From IMG/VR virus record IMGVR_UViG_3300020043_003758, positions 1 to 26,462 of that record: a stretch of DNA of 26,462 bases. The stretch is one strand, 5' to 3'. This document shows, one piece after another, positions 15,455-25,205 of this stretch. Positions within the stretch are counted from its first letter, which is position 1. Every line of letters starts with the position of its first letter. A program made the position numbers and the translations under genes. Under the pieces are notes generated by a model. The model was not told the origin of the DNA, searched no databases, and worked only from the letters and a program-made list of their open reading frames with translations. This DNA comes from a virus (Duplodnaviria; Caudoviricetes).

Positions 15455-18400
15455 ATGCCACTACTCGACGAAGATACAGCATTCAGCCTCGCAGATCGAC
15501 TCAGCATCCTCCCACCTGAGAGGCGCAACCCCAATGAGGTGAAATCCCTGTTCGAGTATAAGCAGCACCAACAGGAGTTGGGGTTGCCTCTATTCCCATC
15601 ACAGGAAGCGAAGGCGCGGGAGATGAACACTCAGTATCGCAACATCTTCACTGACATCAAGAAGGTGGACGAGTTCGCCCCATCAATGGCGCAGATCGCA
15701 GCCACATCCCCCGATCCAGACAAGACGAGGCAGATGTTCGCCAACCACGCCTTTCTCGCCAAGGAGTTGGATAAGCCGATGGAGGAGGTGCAGGCGAACT
15801 ACAACGAGTGGATGGGGGGATACTCACAGCAGGTGTGGGGCAAACGTGTTGCCGACACTGCTGGGTTCTACGGCATGGCACAGGGGCATGTCCGCAAGCA
15901 GATCGAAGCGGAGGAAGTGAGTGGTGAGGCGATGCGTCTTGCGCTCACCTCCGCAGCGATGGGCACCAACGACAGTGTTGGCGACTACCAGAAGTGGAAG
16001 GCGAGCACAGCAGGCAAGGCCCCAACGGTGGATGCTCATCGCCAATACTCCGCAGCTTACAATCAGGTCAAGGCGCGGATCGAACCGTATAAGCCCATCG
16101 TGGCAGGTGCGGTGAAGTCCCTGAAGCAGTTGATGGCAGGTGAGGGTGCAACGGCAGGCACCGAGCAGCGCATCGTGGATGCGATCATCGACCTCCCGCC
16201 CCAGGATCGCCCGCTCGTCCTCGCCTCCATCATGGCGGGTGCGCAGGCAACGGGTGAGGGTGCGGACAAGGACTGGACGTTCTGGCAGCAAACGGGTGAG
16301 TCTTTCTCCCGGCTGCTCAAAGGGTCTTTTGCAGGACAGAGCAGTGCAATGATGGACGCCACAATCGGGGCAGTGCGTGGTGGGTTCCAAGCGGACGAGA
16401 CTTTCCTCCCAGCGCAGCCCATCACTACCCCAGAAGCGGCACGGGAGTTTGTGCAGAACTCCCTGCTCAAGACCATGCAAGAGTCTCAAACTCCGGCTGA
16501 AATGCAGAGTGTGAAACCAGACGCCAGTTTGGTGAAACGGCAACCCACTCCCGAGGAAAAACGGATGCTCAACTCGGAGTTGAACCGAGTGCAACGGCAG
16601 ACGCAGATCGCACGGGAGATTGAGAATGCAGCAGTAACCGTTGATCCTGTGAAGAACGTGTTCGCTTCTGCCATTGGTTCCAGTCTCGCTATTCTCCCCG
16701 CATCCGCCATGGGTCCAGGAGGAGTGCTCATCGCCGCACAAGCCTACTCAGGCATGGAGTATGACAAGCTACGGGTGCAATACCCCACGATGTCACCACG
16801 GGCAGCGCAGTCCATTGCTGGTGTCTCCGGTGTGGTCATGGCAGGTCTTGACAAGTTGGAGGTGGACTTCCTCACCGACAAGCTGCCATCCCTGCGTAAC
16901 CTCATCGGTGGTGGGGTGATGAACAGTGTGCTCAAGCGAATGGGTGTGCGTGCAGCAGAAGCATTCGTATTCGAGAACGTGCAGGAGGGATTGCAGGACT
17001 TGTCCACACCTGTGGTGCAGGAGATTGCCACACGTCTCAATGACGACATTCCAGAACTGGACTGGAACAAGGAATGGGCGCAGTGGACCGAGGGGCGTGG
17101 GGATGTTGCACTGGGCACCCTGCCACTTGTCCTCATCGGTGTGGGCGCAGCAGCTTACAACGATGTCTCCAATGCGGCAGACATGATGAAGCAGGACAAC
17201 CTCTTGCAGCAGTTCGGGTTGCCCGAGCAGGACCGTGTGACTGTGATCGACCTCGCCAACAAGGGGGACATGGAGGGTGCCCAAGCAGCGTTGCGGGATG
17301 CTTACCTGCGCCGTGACCCTGCCATCGCAGCAGCGGCAATCAAGGACACCCCGGCAGCACAAGCAGCACAGCAATTCGACACCAACCTCACCCGCAGCCT
17401 TGCGCCACGTTACACGCAGGAAGGTGACAACCACGTCCTCACCTTTCCCGATGGGCGGGTCATCAAGGCTGAGTCATGGAGCGAGGCAAGGTGGTACATG
17501 GAGCAGGCGATGGGGGACACGCTCAACCAAGAGATTAGCACCGTGGCTGAACTCGGGAACTTCTTCACCTCGCAGCAGCGGGAGGGCATGACCGAGACCT
17601 TGGATGTGATCCCCGAGCAGCGCACCATTCAGCAGGACGTGGCAGAGGGGGTCATCACCGAGGAGCAGGCACGGGAGCGTGCAGCTATCGCAGGTGAGGC
17701 GTTCGGTCTCACCCCCGAGGAGGCGCAAGAGGAGGCGTGGACAGTGCTGGGGCGCAACACCACCGACACGCAGAACGATGTGGCGCAGAGTGCGATCCAA
17801 CTGTTCGAGGGTGCGGACGTGAGCACCGTGGTGGAAGAGGTGGTGGAGGGACGGTTAAAGGCAGCACTGGCGCAGAACAAATACTCGGCAGAGCAGGTGA
17901 AGAAGTTCATCGCACAGGTGGAGTCGGCAACGGGTGAGAAGTTCATGGTGAATGACACCGAGCAGGGCATCACTGAGGCGATTAGTGCCATCGTCGTTGC
18001 GGACGTGCTCGGGCGCAGGAAGGATGGCACCCAGCTACCAGCAGGTCTGGTGACTCGGGGGATGCTGGCTGCGGTGCAGAGGCAGTCCACACCCAAGGCG
18101 AACCGCAAGCTCATGGGCATGGTGGCTGCGTTCAGGTCATTCTTCCGGCAGGTGTTCTCCCGCGCCAAGGCGTTGAACAAAGCGAAGGGTGAAGGCAAGC
18201 TGGGGGCAGAGTATCAGGGGTTTGTGGATGAACTGCTCGGTGTCGATCCCCAGGTGCGGGAGTTGAACGTGGCTGCGGTTGAGGCACGGTCGATGGTGGG
18301 GACTGCGACTGGAGAGACGCAGGTTGAAGAAACGCAGCAGACCCCGATGGAGCAACAGGCAGCATCCTCTCTCGAACTTGGTGCTATCGTGCGCTACAAT

Positions 18401-21400
18401 GGTTATGTGGGCAGGCTGGAGCAGGACGGGCAGCGGTTCGTAGTGAGAGCACCCGATCAAGAAGTTGAGCTATCCGGTGAGGACTTGGTGGAGGTGGTGC
18501 TTGAACGTGATCCTGCCACCACCCGTGAACTGTTCGTGAAGGAGTTGGGTGCAATCGAGGTGAACCTCGTTGAAGGTAAGTTCACACCTGCCTCCTCCGG
18601 TCTTGCCATCATCTCCCCAACCGGGGTGCGACTGGTGCCACAGAATCGCACACTCAGCAAGAACGTGGTGCAGACACCAAACGGTGTAGCTTTTAGATTG
18701 CTTGACCCTACCAAGGGTAAGATCACTTTGGTCACAGGGCAGCAGGCACAACAGGCAATGGACGCGATGCTGGAAGCAGCAGCGAACGTGGAGAGCATGG
18801 GGCGCAAAGTGAGCTACTCGCTGGGACGGGCAACACCGCAGGACACCGAGTACTTGGCTGCTGTTGAGTCTGGCGACATGGAGACGGCGCAGCGGATGGT
18901 GGATGAGGCGGCTATATATGACAACACACCAAGGCAAAACTCTAGCACAGGTATTCCAAGAGGAGTTATTGAACCAGAACTCAGAAAGTTGTTTGCCTCC
19001 TATATTAAGGCTCAACGAGGCATCTCCTACGACTATGCCAGTTCAGGCAGGTCAATTAGACAGTCGTCTCCACAGCAAACGGCAGCGACTACCCGTGCCA
19101 GGAAAAAGCTAGTTGATAGGTATCGAGAACTGCACCCAGAAGATGACATGGGTATTGGCATTATGAACCAAGAAATTGCGTTCAATGAAGCAGTCCGAGA
19201 CCCGGTGGTTTATGATGAGCAAGGCAACGTCATCCCCCTGTCTCAGCGGTTCAACCCACAGGACAACCGTATAACCTACGCACTCGCACCCGCCAAGTTC
19301 AGTGAGCAGGTGATGACCGAGCTTGAGCAGCAACTCGGCAAGGACCCTGCCCAGCGTTGGGCATACGGTGTGGAGATTCAGCGCAGGCTTGCCAAACTGT
19401 CCACAGAGGTGGATCAGATGGCAGCAGCAGACCTCACCAGCAAGGAGCGGAAGGATCAACAGGAGCAGTTCGTGCGGGAGAAGTTCGATGAGCTTGTAGC
19501 GCAGATGCCGCCCAACCAACCCGTTGAGGAGTTGGGGAAGGTGATGGCACAAGCGAAGAAGGAGGGTGATGCATGGGCAGCACAGAACAAAGCCGATGCC
19601 CCAGGACAACGTGAGCGCATCATCGGCTACCAGCGCATCGTGAACGCTGCCCTCATGGGACTGCCCAAGAACCTGCGCACCGACATTGGTGGGTTCCTCC
19701 AAGTTGCCGATGCCCGTTCAGCCACCACTGCGTTGAAGGCGATCAAGAAGCACATTGCCCGCATCGGTGAGACCGTTGAGCGGTATCTGAAGGAGGAGAT
19801 TCAGACCGAGGTGAAGGCACTCATCAAGCGAGGCAAGCCCAACATGAAAGCTGGAGAGAAGCCGTCCAGCGACATCGGGGCAGAGGCATCCAACCTGTTC
19901 GCAGTGGCAGCAGCAGCGATCAAGATGGATGAGGTGCAGACCCTTGCTGCAATCGACAGTAGGGAGTCGGAAATCCTTAATGCCAAGAACCCGCCCACCC
20001 CCGAGCGGGAGCAGCAGTTGCGCATGGAGATTGAGGTTATCAACCTCGCCGGGGACCTCGACAACGCCGATGCTGCCCAGTCCAAGGCACTTCTCGACAC
20101 CCTCCAGAACATCTACGACGGGGGATACTTGGTGTGGCTGGATAAGCTCAACCGGGAGAAGGCGAAGATCGACAAGTTGAAGGACTTGTTCAAGGCAGGC
20201 ACAGGCTTGACCTCACCCCAAGAGGTCGAAGCGGCAATGGCGAAGATGCGGGCACGAGGCAAAGGGCAGGCATGGATCGACACCGTTCTCCTCGAACTCG
20301 GGAGCTTTAATGACCTCATCTACCGACTGGCAGGGGAGAACTCAGAGTTTGCCAAGGAACTGCTCAAGATGGAGCGCAAGTCCGACAACATGGTGCATGA
20401 CCTCAATGATGCCATGGAGAAGGACGTGGGCGACTTCTTCACCCGTCTCGCCGGATCGGAGCTTGCGGGGCAGCAGTTGCGTGCGGCGATGAGCCTCAAC
20501 ACCAAAAAGGGGATGCTCTGGTTAGGTGTGAACAAGATGGGGCAACCCCCGGTGAAGCACACCATCAAAGTCCCCGGCAAGCCAGATGCGGTGGAGTTCA
20601 CCTCGCAGATGGAAGCGATTCACGATTTGATGATGTGGCGGCAACCAGATGGACGACGCAACATGAGTGGCAAGTTCGACACCATGGGTGATCGCACCTC
20701 GACATGGGGATACGACGATGCGTGGGCACAGGAGGTCTCCGCACAACTCACCCCCGAGTCCTGGGCACTCATGGACTGGCTCACCGAGAAGTATCAGCAG
20801 GAGGGCAGGACCATCGACCCATTGGTGCGTGATCGCTACGGGGTGATGCTGCCACAGAACCCGCTCTATTCACCACTCACCAACTCCCCTCAACAGGTGC
20901 AGGCAGGGCAGATGACCAACCCCATCACAGGGGCAGCAATCAATGGCAGCATGGGCATCACCCCAGGTTCGCTCAAGGCCCGCAACAAGTCGGTCAACAA
21001 GCCACGCAAAAGGGATGCCCTGCGTGTGTTCATGGCGCACTCCCGGCAGATGAATCACTGGATTGCGAACTACGACTTCGCACGCACCATGCAGCAGTTG
21101 TTCCTCAACCGGGAGATGCTGGACTACGTGGAGGCGATGGGCGGCGAAGCAGCGTCCAAGTTGCTCCTCGCCCGTGTGGACATGGCAGTGGTCGGTGGGA
21201 TGCGGGATGCCGGGGTGCAGCTTGCCATTGATGGGGCGTTGAAGGATGCGGCAGGACGTGCTGCTGCCTCTGCGATCCTCGGGCGCATCTCAACCCTAGC
21301 CGTGCAGTCCACTCAACTCTTCGCAGGCAGTCTGAAGATGCCGCAAGCCACCTTCCTGCGTCTGTTCGGAAAGCTCAGTTCGGGACAACTCAACTGGGAC

Positions 21401-22270
21401 GCAACTCGCAAGAGTGACTTCATCCAACGCCGGATTGCGCAGAAGTCGCCATTGGTGCAAGAGGCGATGAAGGGATTGCTCAACGCCACCTCCCCCAGCC
21501 TCATTAAGAACCAGCAGCGCAGGTTGGCTGAATTGCTCGCAGGCTCGGATGCCTACTTCACCGCAGCCACGCACACCATGATCTACCATCACCAACTGGA
21601 GGTGGCGCAGGGGTTGGGCATGGGCAAAGCGGAGGCTGAGGCATACGCGATGGACGAAGCAGACAGGCAGACCGAGGAGGTGGCTCAACCCGTGCGCCAG
21701 TCGCAGCGTTCGCTCCTTGAACTGCGCAACTCGCAGACGTGGGCAGGACGGGTGGGCTGGGCATTTGCATCCGAGGCACGGCAGAAGTTGGCGATCATGT
21801 TGGTGGCTGCTGAAAAGGTAGCGAAGGACCCAAGCTGGAACAACATTGGCGAACTGGCACGGGTGGCAAACTACATGTTCACGATCAATGGGCTATTGGT
21901 GCAGGTGTGGAAACGGTCTTGGCTGCTTGCCCGCACTCCCGGTGGGGATGAGGAGGAGTTCGACTGGAAGAACATCCTGCTGTCCTCCCTTGCTGCCCCG
22001 ATGTCAGGCACTCCCGGTTGGCAGGCAATCGCTGACACGGGCAACCTATTCTCCTCGGTGCCTCGGGCTGAGGGTCCTGTGAAGCGCATGGTCTCAGCCA
22101 TCCTTGGGGAGGATCAACCTTATGACGGAGACCCCGTTAAGTTCATGCGGGATGCGGAGTTGCTGCTCGGTGCCTTATCCCTGGTATCCGACACGGCGAC
22201 CACCCTTTCTGCCTACTCCCACGTCTTTACCGACCTCGCAAAACTGATTGACGCACAGATTCAAGACTGA
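15455..22270 (+). CDS. Giant internal virion/DNA-ejection protein (gp16-like, polyvalent-protein type), 2271 aa
   Basis: Very long Ala/Glu/Gln-rich helical ORF after the two smaller ejection genes. Contains EYLAAVESGDMETAQRMVDEAA ... DPVVYDEQGNVIPLSQRFN module flanks. Confidence 0.75.
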   Translation: MPLLDEDTAFSLADRLSILPPERRNPNEVKSLFEYKQHQQELGLPLFPSQEAKAREMNTQYRNIFTDIKKVDEFAPSMAQIAATSPDPDKTRQMFANHAFLAKELDKPMEEVQANYNEWMGGYSQQVWGKRVADTAGFYGMAQGHVRKQIEAEEVSGEAMRLALTSAAMGTNDSVGDYQKWKASTAGKAPTVDAHRQYSAAYNQVKARIEPYKPIVAGAVKSLKQLMAGEGATAGTEQRIVDAIIDLPPQDRPLVLASIMAGAQATGEGADKDWTFWQQTGESFSRLLKGSFAGQSSAMMDATIGAVRGGFQADETFLPAQPITTPEAAREFVQNSLLKTMQESQTPAEMQSVKPDASLVKRQPTPEEKRMLNSELNRVQRQTQIAREIENAAVTVDPVKNVFASAIGSSLAILPASAMGPGGVLIAAQAYSGMEYDKLRVQYPTMSPRAAQSIAGVSGVVMAGLDKLEVDFLTDKLPSLRNLIGGGVMNSVLKRMGVRAAEAFVFENVQEGLQDLSTPVVQEIATRLNDDIPELDWNKEWAQWTEGRGDVALGTLPLVLIGVGAAAYNDVSNAADMMKQDNLLQQFGLPEQDRVTVIDLANKGDMEGAQAALRDAYLRRDPAIAAAAIKDTPAAQAAQQFDTNLTRSLAPRYTQEGDNHVLTFPDGRVIKAESWSEARWYMEQAMGDTLNQEISTVAELGNFFTSQQREGMTETLDVIPEQRTIQQDVAEGVITEEQARERAAIAGEAFGLTPEEAQEEAWTVLGRNTTDTQNDVAQSAIQLFEGADVSTVVEEVVEGRLKAALAQNKYSAEQVKKFIAQVESATGEKFMVNDTEQGITEAISAIVVADVLGRRKDGTQLPAGLVTRGMLAAVQRQSTPKANRKLMGMVAAFRSFFRQVFSRAKALNKAKGEGKLGAEYQGFVDELLGVDPQVRELNVAAVEARSMVGTATGETQVEETQQTPMEQQAASSLELGAIVRYNGYVGRLEQDGQRFVVRAPDQEVELSGEDLVEVVLERDPATTRELFVKELGAIEVNLVEGKFTPASSGLAIISPTGVRLVPQNRTLSKNVVQTPNGVAFRLLDPTKGKITLVTGQQAQQAMDAMLEAAANVESMGRKVSYSLGRATPQDTEYLAAVESGDMETAQRMVDEAAIYDNTPRQNSSTGIPRGVIEPELRKLFASYIKAQRGISYDYASSGRSIRQSSPQQTAATTRARKKLVDRYRELHPEDDMGIGIMNQEIAFNEAVRDPVVYDEQGNVIPLSQRFNPQDNRITYALAPAKFSEQVMTELEQQLGKDPAQRWAYGVEIQRRLAKLSTEVDQMAAADLTSKERKDQQEQFVREKFDELVAQMPPNQPVEELGKVMAQAKKEGDAWAAQNKADAPGQRERIIGYQRIVNAALMGLPKNLRTDIGGFLQVADARSATTALKAIKKHIARIGETVERYLKEEIQTEVKALIKRGKPNMKAGEKPSSDIGAEASNLFAVAAAAIKMDEVQTLAAIDSRESEILNAKNPPTPEREQQLRMEIEVINLAGDLDNADAAQSKALLDTLQNIYDGGYLVWLDKLNREKAKIDKLKDLFKAGTGLTSPQEVEAAMAKMRARGKGQAWIDTVLLELGSFNDLIYRLAGENSEFAKELLKMERKSDNMVHDLNDAMEKDVGDFFTRLAGSELAGQQLRAAMSLNTKKGMLWLGVNKMGQPPVKHTIKVPGKPDAVEFTSQMEAIHDLMMWRQPDGRRNMSGKFDTMGDRTSTWGYDDAWAQEVSAQLTPESWALMDWLTEKYQQEGRTIDPLVRDRYGVMLPQNPLYSPLTNSPQQVQAGQMTNPITGAAINGSMGITPGSLKARNKSVNKPRKRDALRVFMAHSRQMNHWIANYDFARTMQQLFLNREMLDYVEAMGGEAASKLLLARVDMAVVGGMRDAGVQLAIDGALKDAAGRAAASAILGRISTLAVQSTQLFAGSLKMPQATFLRLFGKLSSGQLNWDATRKSDFIQRRIAQKSPLVQEAMKGLLNATSPSLIKNQQRRLAELLAGSDAYFTAATHTMIYHHQLEVAQGLGMGKAEAEAYAMDEADRQTEEVAQPVRQSQRSLLELRNSQTWAGRVGWAFASEARQKLAIMLVAAEKVAKDPSWNNIGELARVANYMFTINGLLVQVWKRSWLLARTPGGDEEEFDWKNILLSSLAAPMSGTPGWQAIADTGNLFSSVPRAEGPVKRMVSAILGEDQPYDGDPVKFMRDAELLLGALSLVSDTATTLSAYSHVFTDLAKLIDAQIQD

Positions 22271-22284
22271 TACCCTCCACCCGT

Positions 22285-22542
22285 ATGAACTTACGCACTG
22301 TCTCCTCAACATCCTCCTGGGCAGCATTGCCCGATCTGCCCGCAAGAAATGGGCAGGTGGACATCCTCAACTCGACAGGGGAGGACTTGCAAATTCGCTA
22401 CGCCGGGGAGACCTCCGCAGGGCAGACGATCACCATCCCCGATAAGGGCACTGTGAGTCTGCCCGTGAACAGCAACGCGAACGAAGTGCAGATCAAAGCC
22501 ACCACCGGGGCTGCTGGTGTACAACTCCTTGTAACACCATGA
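22285..22542 (+). CDS. Small beta-rich hypothetical (probably virion) protein, 85 aa
   Basis: Fills the gap, typical start context, ATGA overlap with the next gene. Confidence 0.7.
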   Translation: MNLRTVSSTSSWAALPDLPARNGQVDILNSTGEDLQIRYAGETSAGQTITIPDKGTVSLPVNSNANEVQIKATTGAAGVQLLVTP

Positions 22543-23051
22543 GCTACGGATCACGATTCGGTGGAGTCGGCGCAGGTGGGGGTTCGCTCACCTACAAAGG
22601 CAATGTCGCCGCTACGGGCGATTTGCCATCTTCCGGCAACTCCATTGGGGATGCCTACTACAACGAGACAACTCTCACTTTGTGGGCATGGTCTGGAACA
22701 GTGTGGTCGGACGTTGGGCCGATCATCCCTATCGCCGGATCGCAAGGTGTGCAGGGGGATCAGGGGATTCAGGGTGAGGTGGGGCCAACCGGACCGACTG
22801 GGCCAACCGGACCGACTGGGCCAGAAGGTCCTGCTGGACCCACGGGTGCAACCGGGGCGACTGGCGCAACCGGACCGACTGGACCCACGGGTGCAACCGG
22901 GGCGACTGGGCCAACGGGACCACAGGGGCCAGCGGGCACCATCTCCGTTTCCACGACGGCACCAAGCTCACCCGTTGAGGGTATGCCTTGGTTCAACCCC
23001 AACACCGGATTCCTGACCGTCTATTACGGCGGCAACTGGGTTCAAGTTTAA
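22539..23051 (+). CDS. Collagen-like fibre protein, 170 aa
   Basis: 23 consecutive Gly-X-Y triplets (mostly GPT/GAT), flanked by YKGNVA...LPSSGN.IGDAY...W.W.G..W.DVG and [13 protein letters not shown]...L.VYYGG.W modules. Confidence 0.85.
   Translation: MSYGSRFGGVGAGGGSLTYKGNVAATGDLPSSGNSIGDAYYNETTLTLWAWSGTVWSDVGPIIPIAGSQGVQGDQGIQGEVGPTGPTGPTGPTGPEGPAGPTGATGATGATGPTGPTGATGATGPTGPQGPAGTISVSTTAPSSPVEGMPWFNPNTGFLTVYYGGNWVQV
22782..22909 (+). repeat. Tandem DNA repeats in collagen region
   Basis: GGGCCAACCGGACCGACT x2 (22782-22817), plus a 31-bp identical repeat at 22834-22864 and 22879-22909. Confidence 0.9.
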
Positions 23052-23052
23052 C

Positions 23053-25203
23053 ATGGCTCTTACCTTCCCATCCTCCCCGAGCGTTGGCGACTACTACTCC
23101 CCAGGGACACGCACCTGGAGGTGGAATGGCACCATCTGGCAACTCGTCACCCCCTTGCAGTTTGCGCAGGTGGGCAACTACGTGGAGACCATCACCCCTA
23201 CCCCCGCTGGACATATGCGACTACTCGATGGACCTGCTGCCCTCATTGCAGCATTGCTACTCTGCCTCGGTGCTTTAACCGGATATGCTCAGACCCCCAC
23301 GGTGAGCAAAGTGATGGTCGATGTGAAGATGTCGAACGGGAAGTTTCAGGAGGTGGAACTGACTCCGGTCAACAACTACGTCATCGGCTTTGACGGCACT
23401 GGGCAACTGGTGGTCAAGGCGGATGGCGGGGGAGGTGGTGGCGGCTCAGGTGATGTGGTCGGTCCATCTTCAGCCGTGAACAACCGTGTCGTCTTCTTTG
23501 ATGGCACCACGGGCAAGCTCATCAAGGACTCTGGCTTAACTCTAAGCGGCACCAACACGGGCGACCAAACTATCACGCTGACCGGCGATGTCACAGGTAG
23601 CGGCACTGGCACGTTTGCCGCGACTATAGCGAACGATGCTGTGACATTTACAAAGATGCAGGAGATCAGCGGCACGCATCTTATCGGCAGGCACGCTGGT
23701 GGCACTGGTAATATCCAAGAAGTCAGTGTCGGCAATGGTGTTGAATTTAGCGGCTCAGGCATCCGCCGCAGCGCATTAACTGGCGATGTGACCGCGCCAG
23801 CAGGTAGCAACACGACCACGCTAGCTAACACCGCAGTTACTCCAGCAAGTTACACCAACGCAAACATCACGGTGGATGCTAAGGGGCGCATTACTGCTGC
23901 TAGCAATGGCACAAGCGGCTCAGGCGATATGACCAAAGCGGTCTATGACCCGCGCAACCTAAACTTAATCACAGGACTTCCCGGTGACGGTCCTATTGGT
24001 GTAGGTGGTGGCGTCGGCGGCGCTTTGGACATGTCAGGCGGGGACTCTGGTCTTTCGCCACAAGGTCCAGGCGGCGGCACTGGCGGCACTGGTGGAGAAA
24101 TTCTCACAGCAGGCGGCAATGGATTTACAAGCGGCGAGCCAGGAGGCGACTATAGCGGTGGTAATGGCGGCACAATCAACACCAGCGGCAGTAATGCAAG
24201 CGATGGGACGAATGGAGAGCCAGGTGGCAACATTAACACCAGCAACGGCGGCGGTGACATCACCACAAGCAATTCTGGCGGTGACATCATTACCAGCGGC
24301 TTTGGTGGAAGTATCGACACCAGCTCTAGCGGCGGCAGTATCGACACCAGCAACGGCGGCGGCAGCATTAGCACCAGAGGCACAGGCAGCATTGGCCTAG
24401 GCATTAGCGGCACCCGAACCACGCTAACAGGAACAGCTTCGGCAGACCGCGCTATCAGCCTTCCCAACGCATCTGGCACCTTACTGCTTACCGATGGCTC
24501 AGGCGCAAGCTTGACGGGCACTGCGACCAACCTAACGGCAGGACAAGCTACTGCCGCATTGGGCCTCAAAACCGCAACCACCACCGTCTCCGTCTCGGGT
24601 GCTGCGGCACCAACGAGCGGGCAGGTGCTTACGGCGACGAGCAGCACAGCGGCTACTTGGCAGACTCCGAGTGGTGGCAGCGGCGACATGGTGCTCCTCG
24701 CCTCTGCGACGGCATCCGCAAGCTCGGAAATCTTGTTTGATAACGAGTTCGATGCCTCGGTGTATGCCGAGTATGTCCTGAAGTTTCAGGGTGTTCAGCC
24801 CGCCTCCGACAATGTGGCTGTTCGCGTGCAATTAAGAAATTCCACGCCTGCCAACATTACTGATTTACATCAAAATAATGGAGTTTTTGGACGGATTGAC
24901 GCGGCGCAAACACCTGCAAATATTTCAAATTTAGGGGGGACTACTGGTTGGGTATATCTAATTGATGCTGGAAATGCAGCTAACGAACTATCTTCTGGCA
25001 CTTTCAATATACAACCTATTAGCGGCCAATGGACTCACATGTCCTTCAATGCTTATATCGGAATTCAAGCCTCCAATGCTCGTTACTCAGCGCAAGGTGC
25101 AGGTTCTTGCGAAGGCACTACCGCACCCGCAGGCGTTAGAATTTACATGAGCAGCGGCAATATCGCCAGAGGCGCTTTTCAACTCTACGGCATCAAAAAA
25201 TAG
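23053..25203 (+). CDS. Gly/Thr/Ser-rich tail fibre-like protein, 716 aa (possible internal start at 23215 with signal peptide)
   Basis: Fibre modules FPSSPSVGD..TWRWNG..W, GDVVGPSSAVNN...FDGTTGKLIKDSG, LTGDVT, YTNANITVDAKGRITAASNG, GG.I.TS repeats, and a C-terminal domain ending GVRIYMSSGNI..G.FQLYGIK. Confidence 0.8.
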   Translation: MALTFPSSPSVGDYYSPGTRTWRWNGTIWQLVTPLQFAQVGNYVETITPTPAGHMRLLDGPAALIAALLLCLGALTGYAQTPTVSKVMVDVKMSNGKFQEVELTPVNNYVIGFDGTGQLVVKADGGGGGGGSGDVVGPSSAVNNRVVFFDGTTGKLIKDSGLTLSGTNTGDQTITLTGDVTGSGTGTFAATIANDAVTFTKMQEISGTHLIGRHAGGTGNIQEVSVGNGVEFSGSGIRRSALTGDVTAPAGSNTTTLANTAVTPASYTNANITVDAKGRITAASNGTSGSGDMTKAVYDPRNLNLITGLPGDGPIGVGGGVGGALDMSGGDSGLSPQGPGGGTGGTGGEILTAGGNGFTSGEPGGDYSGGNGGTINTSGSNASDGTNGEPGGNINTSNGGGDITTSNSGGDIITSGFGGSIDTSSSGGSIDTSNGGGSISTRGTGSIGLGISGTRTTLTGTASADRAISLPNASGTLLLTDGSGASLTGTATNLTAGQATAALGLKTATTTVSVSGAAAPTSGQVLTATSSTAATWQTPSGGSGDMVLLASATASASSEILFDNEFDASVYAEYVLKFQGVQPASDNVAVRVQLRNSTPANITDLHQNNGVFGRIDAAQTPANISNLGGTTGWVYLIDAGNAANELSSGTFNIQPISGQWTHMSFNAYIGIQASNARYSAQGAGSCEGTTAPAGVRIYMSSGNIARGAFQLYGIKK

Positions 25204-25205
25204 CC

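Noticed and set aside
18842-19285. Intein or intact ADP-ribosyltransferase in the giant protein
   Set aside because: No Cys/Ser...His-Asn splice junctions, and no YHG/F..S/E ART motifs in the 94-aa core.
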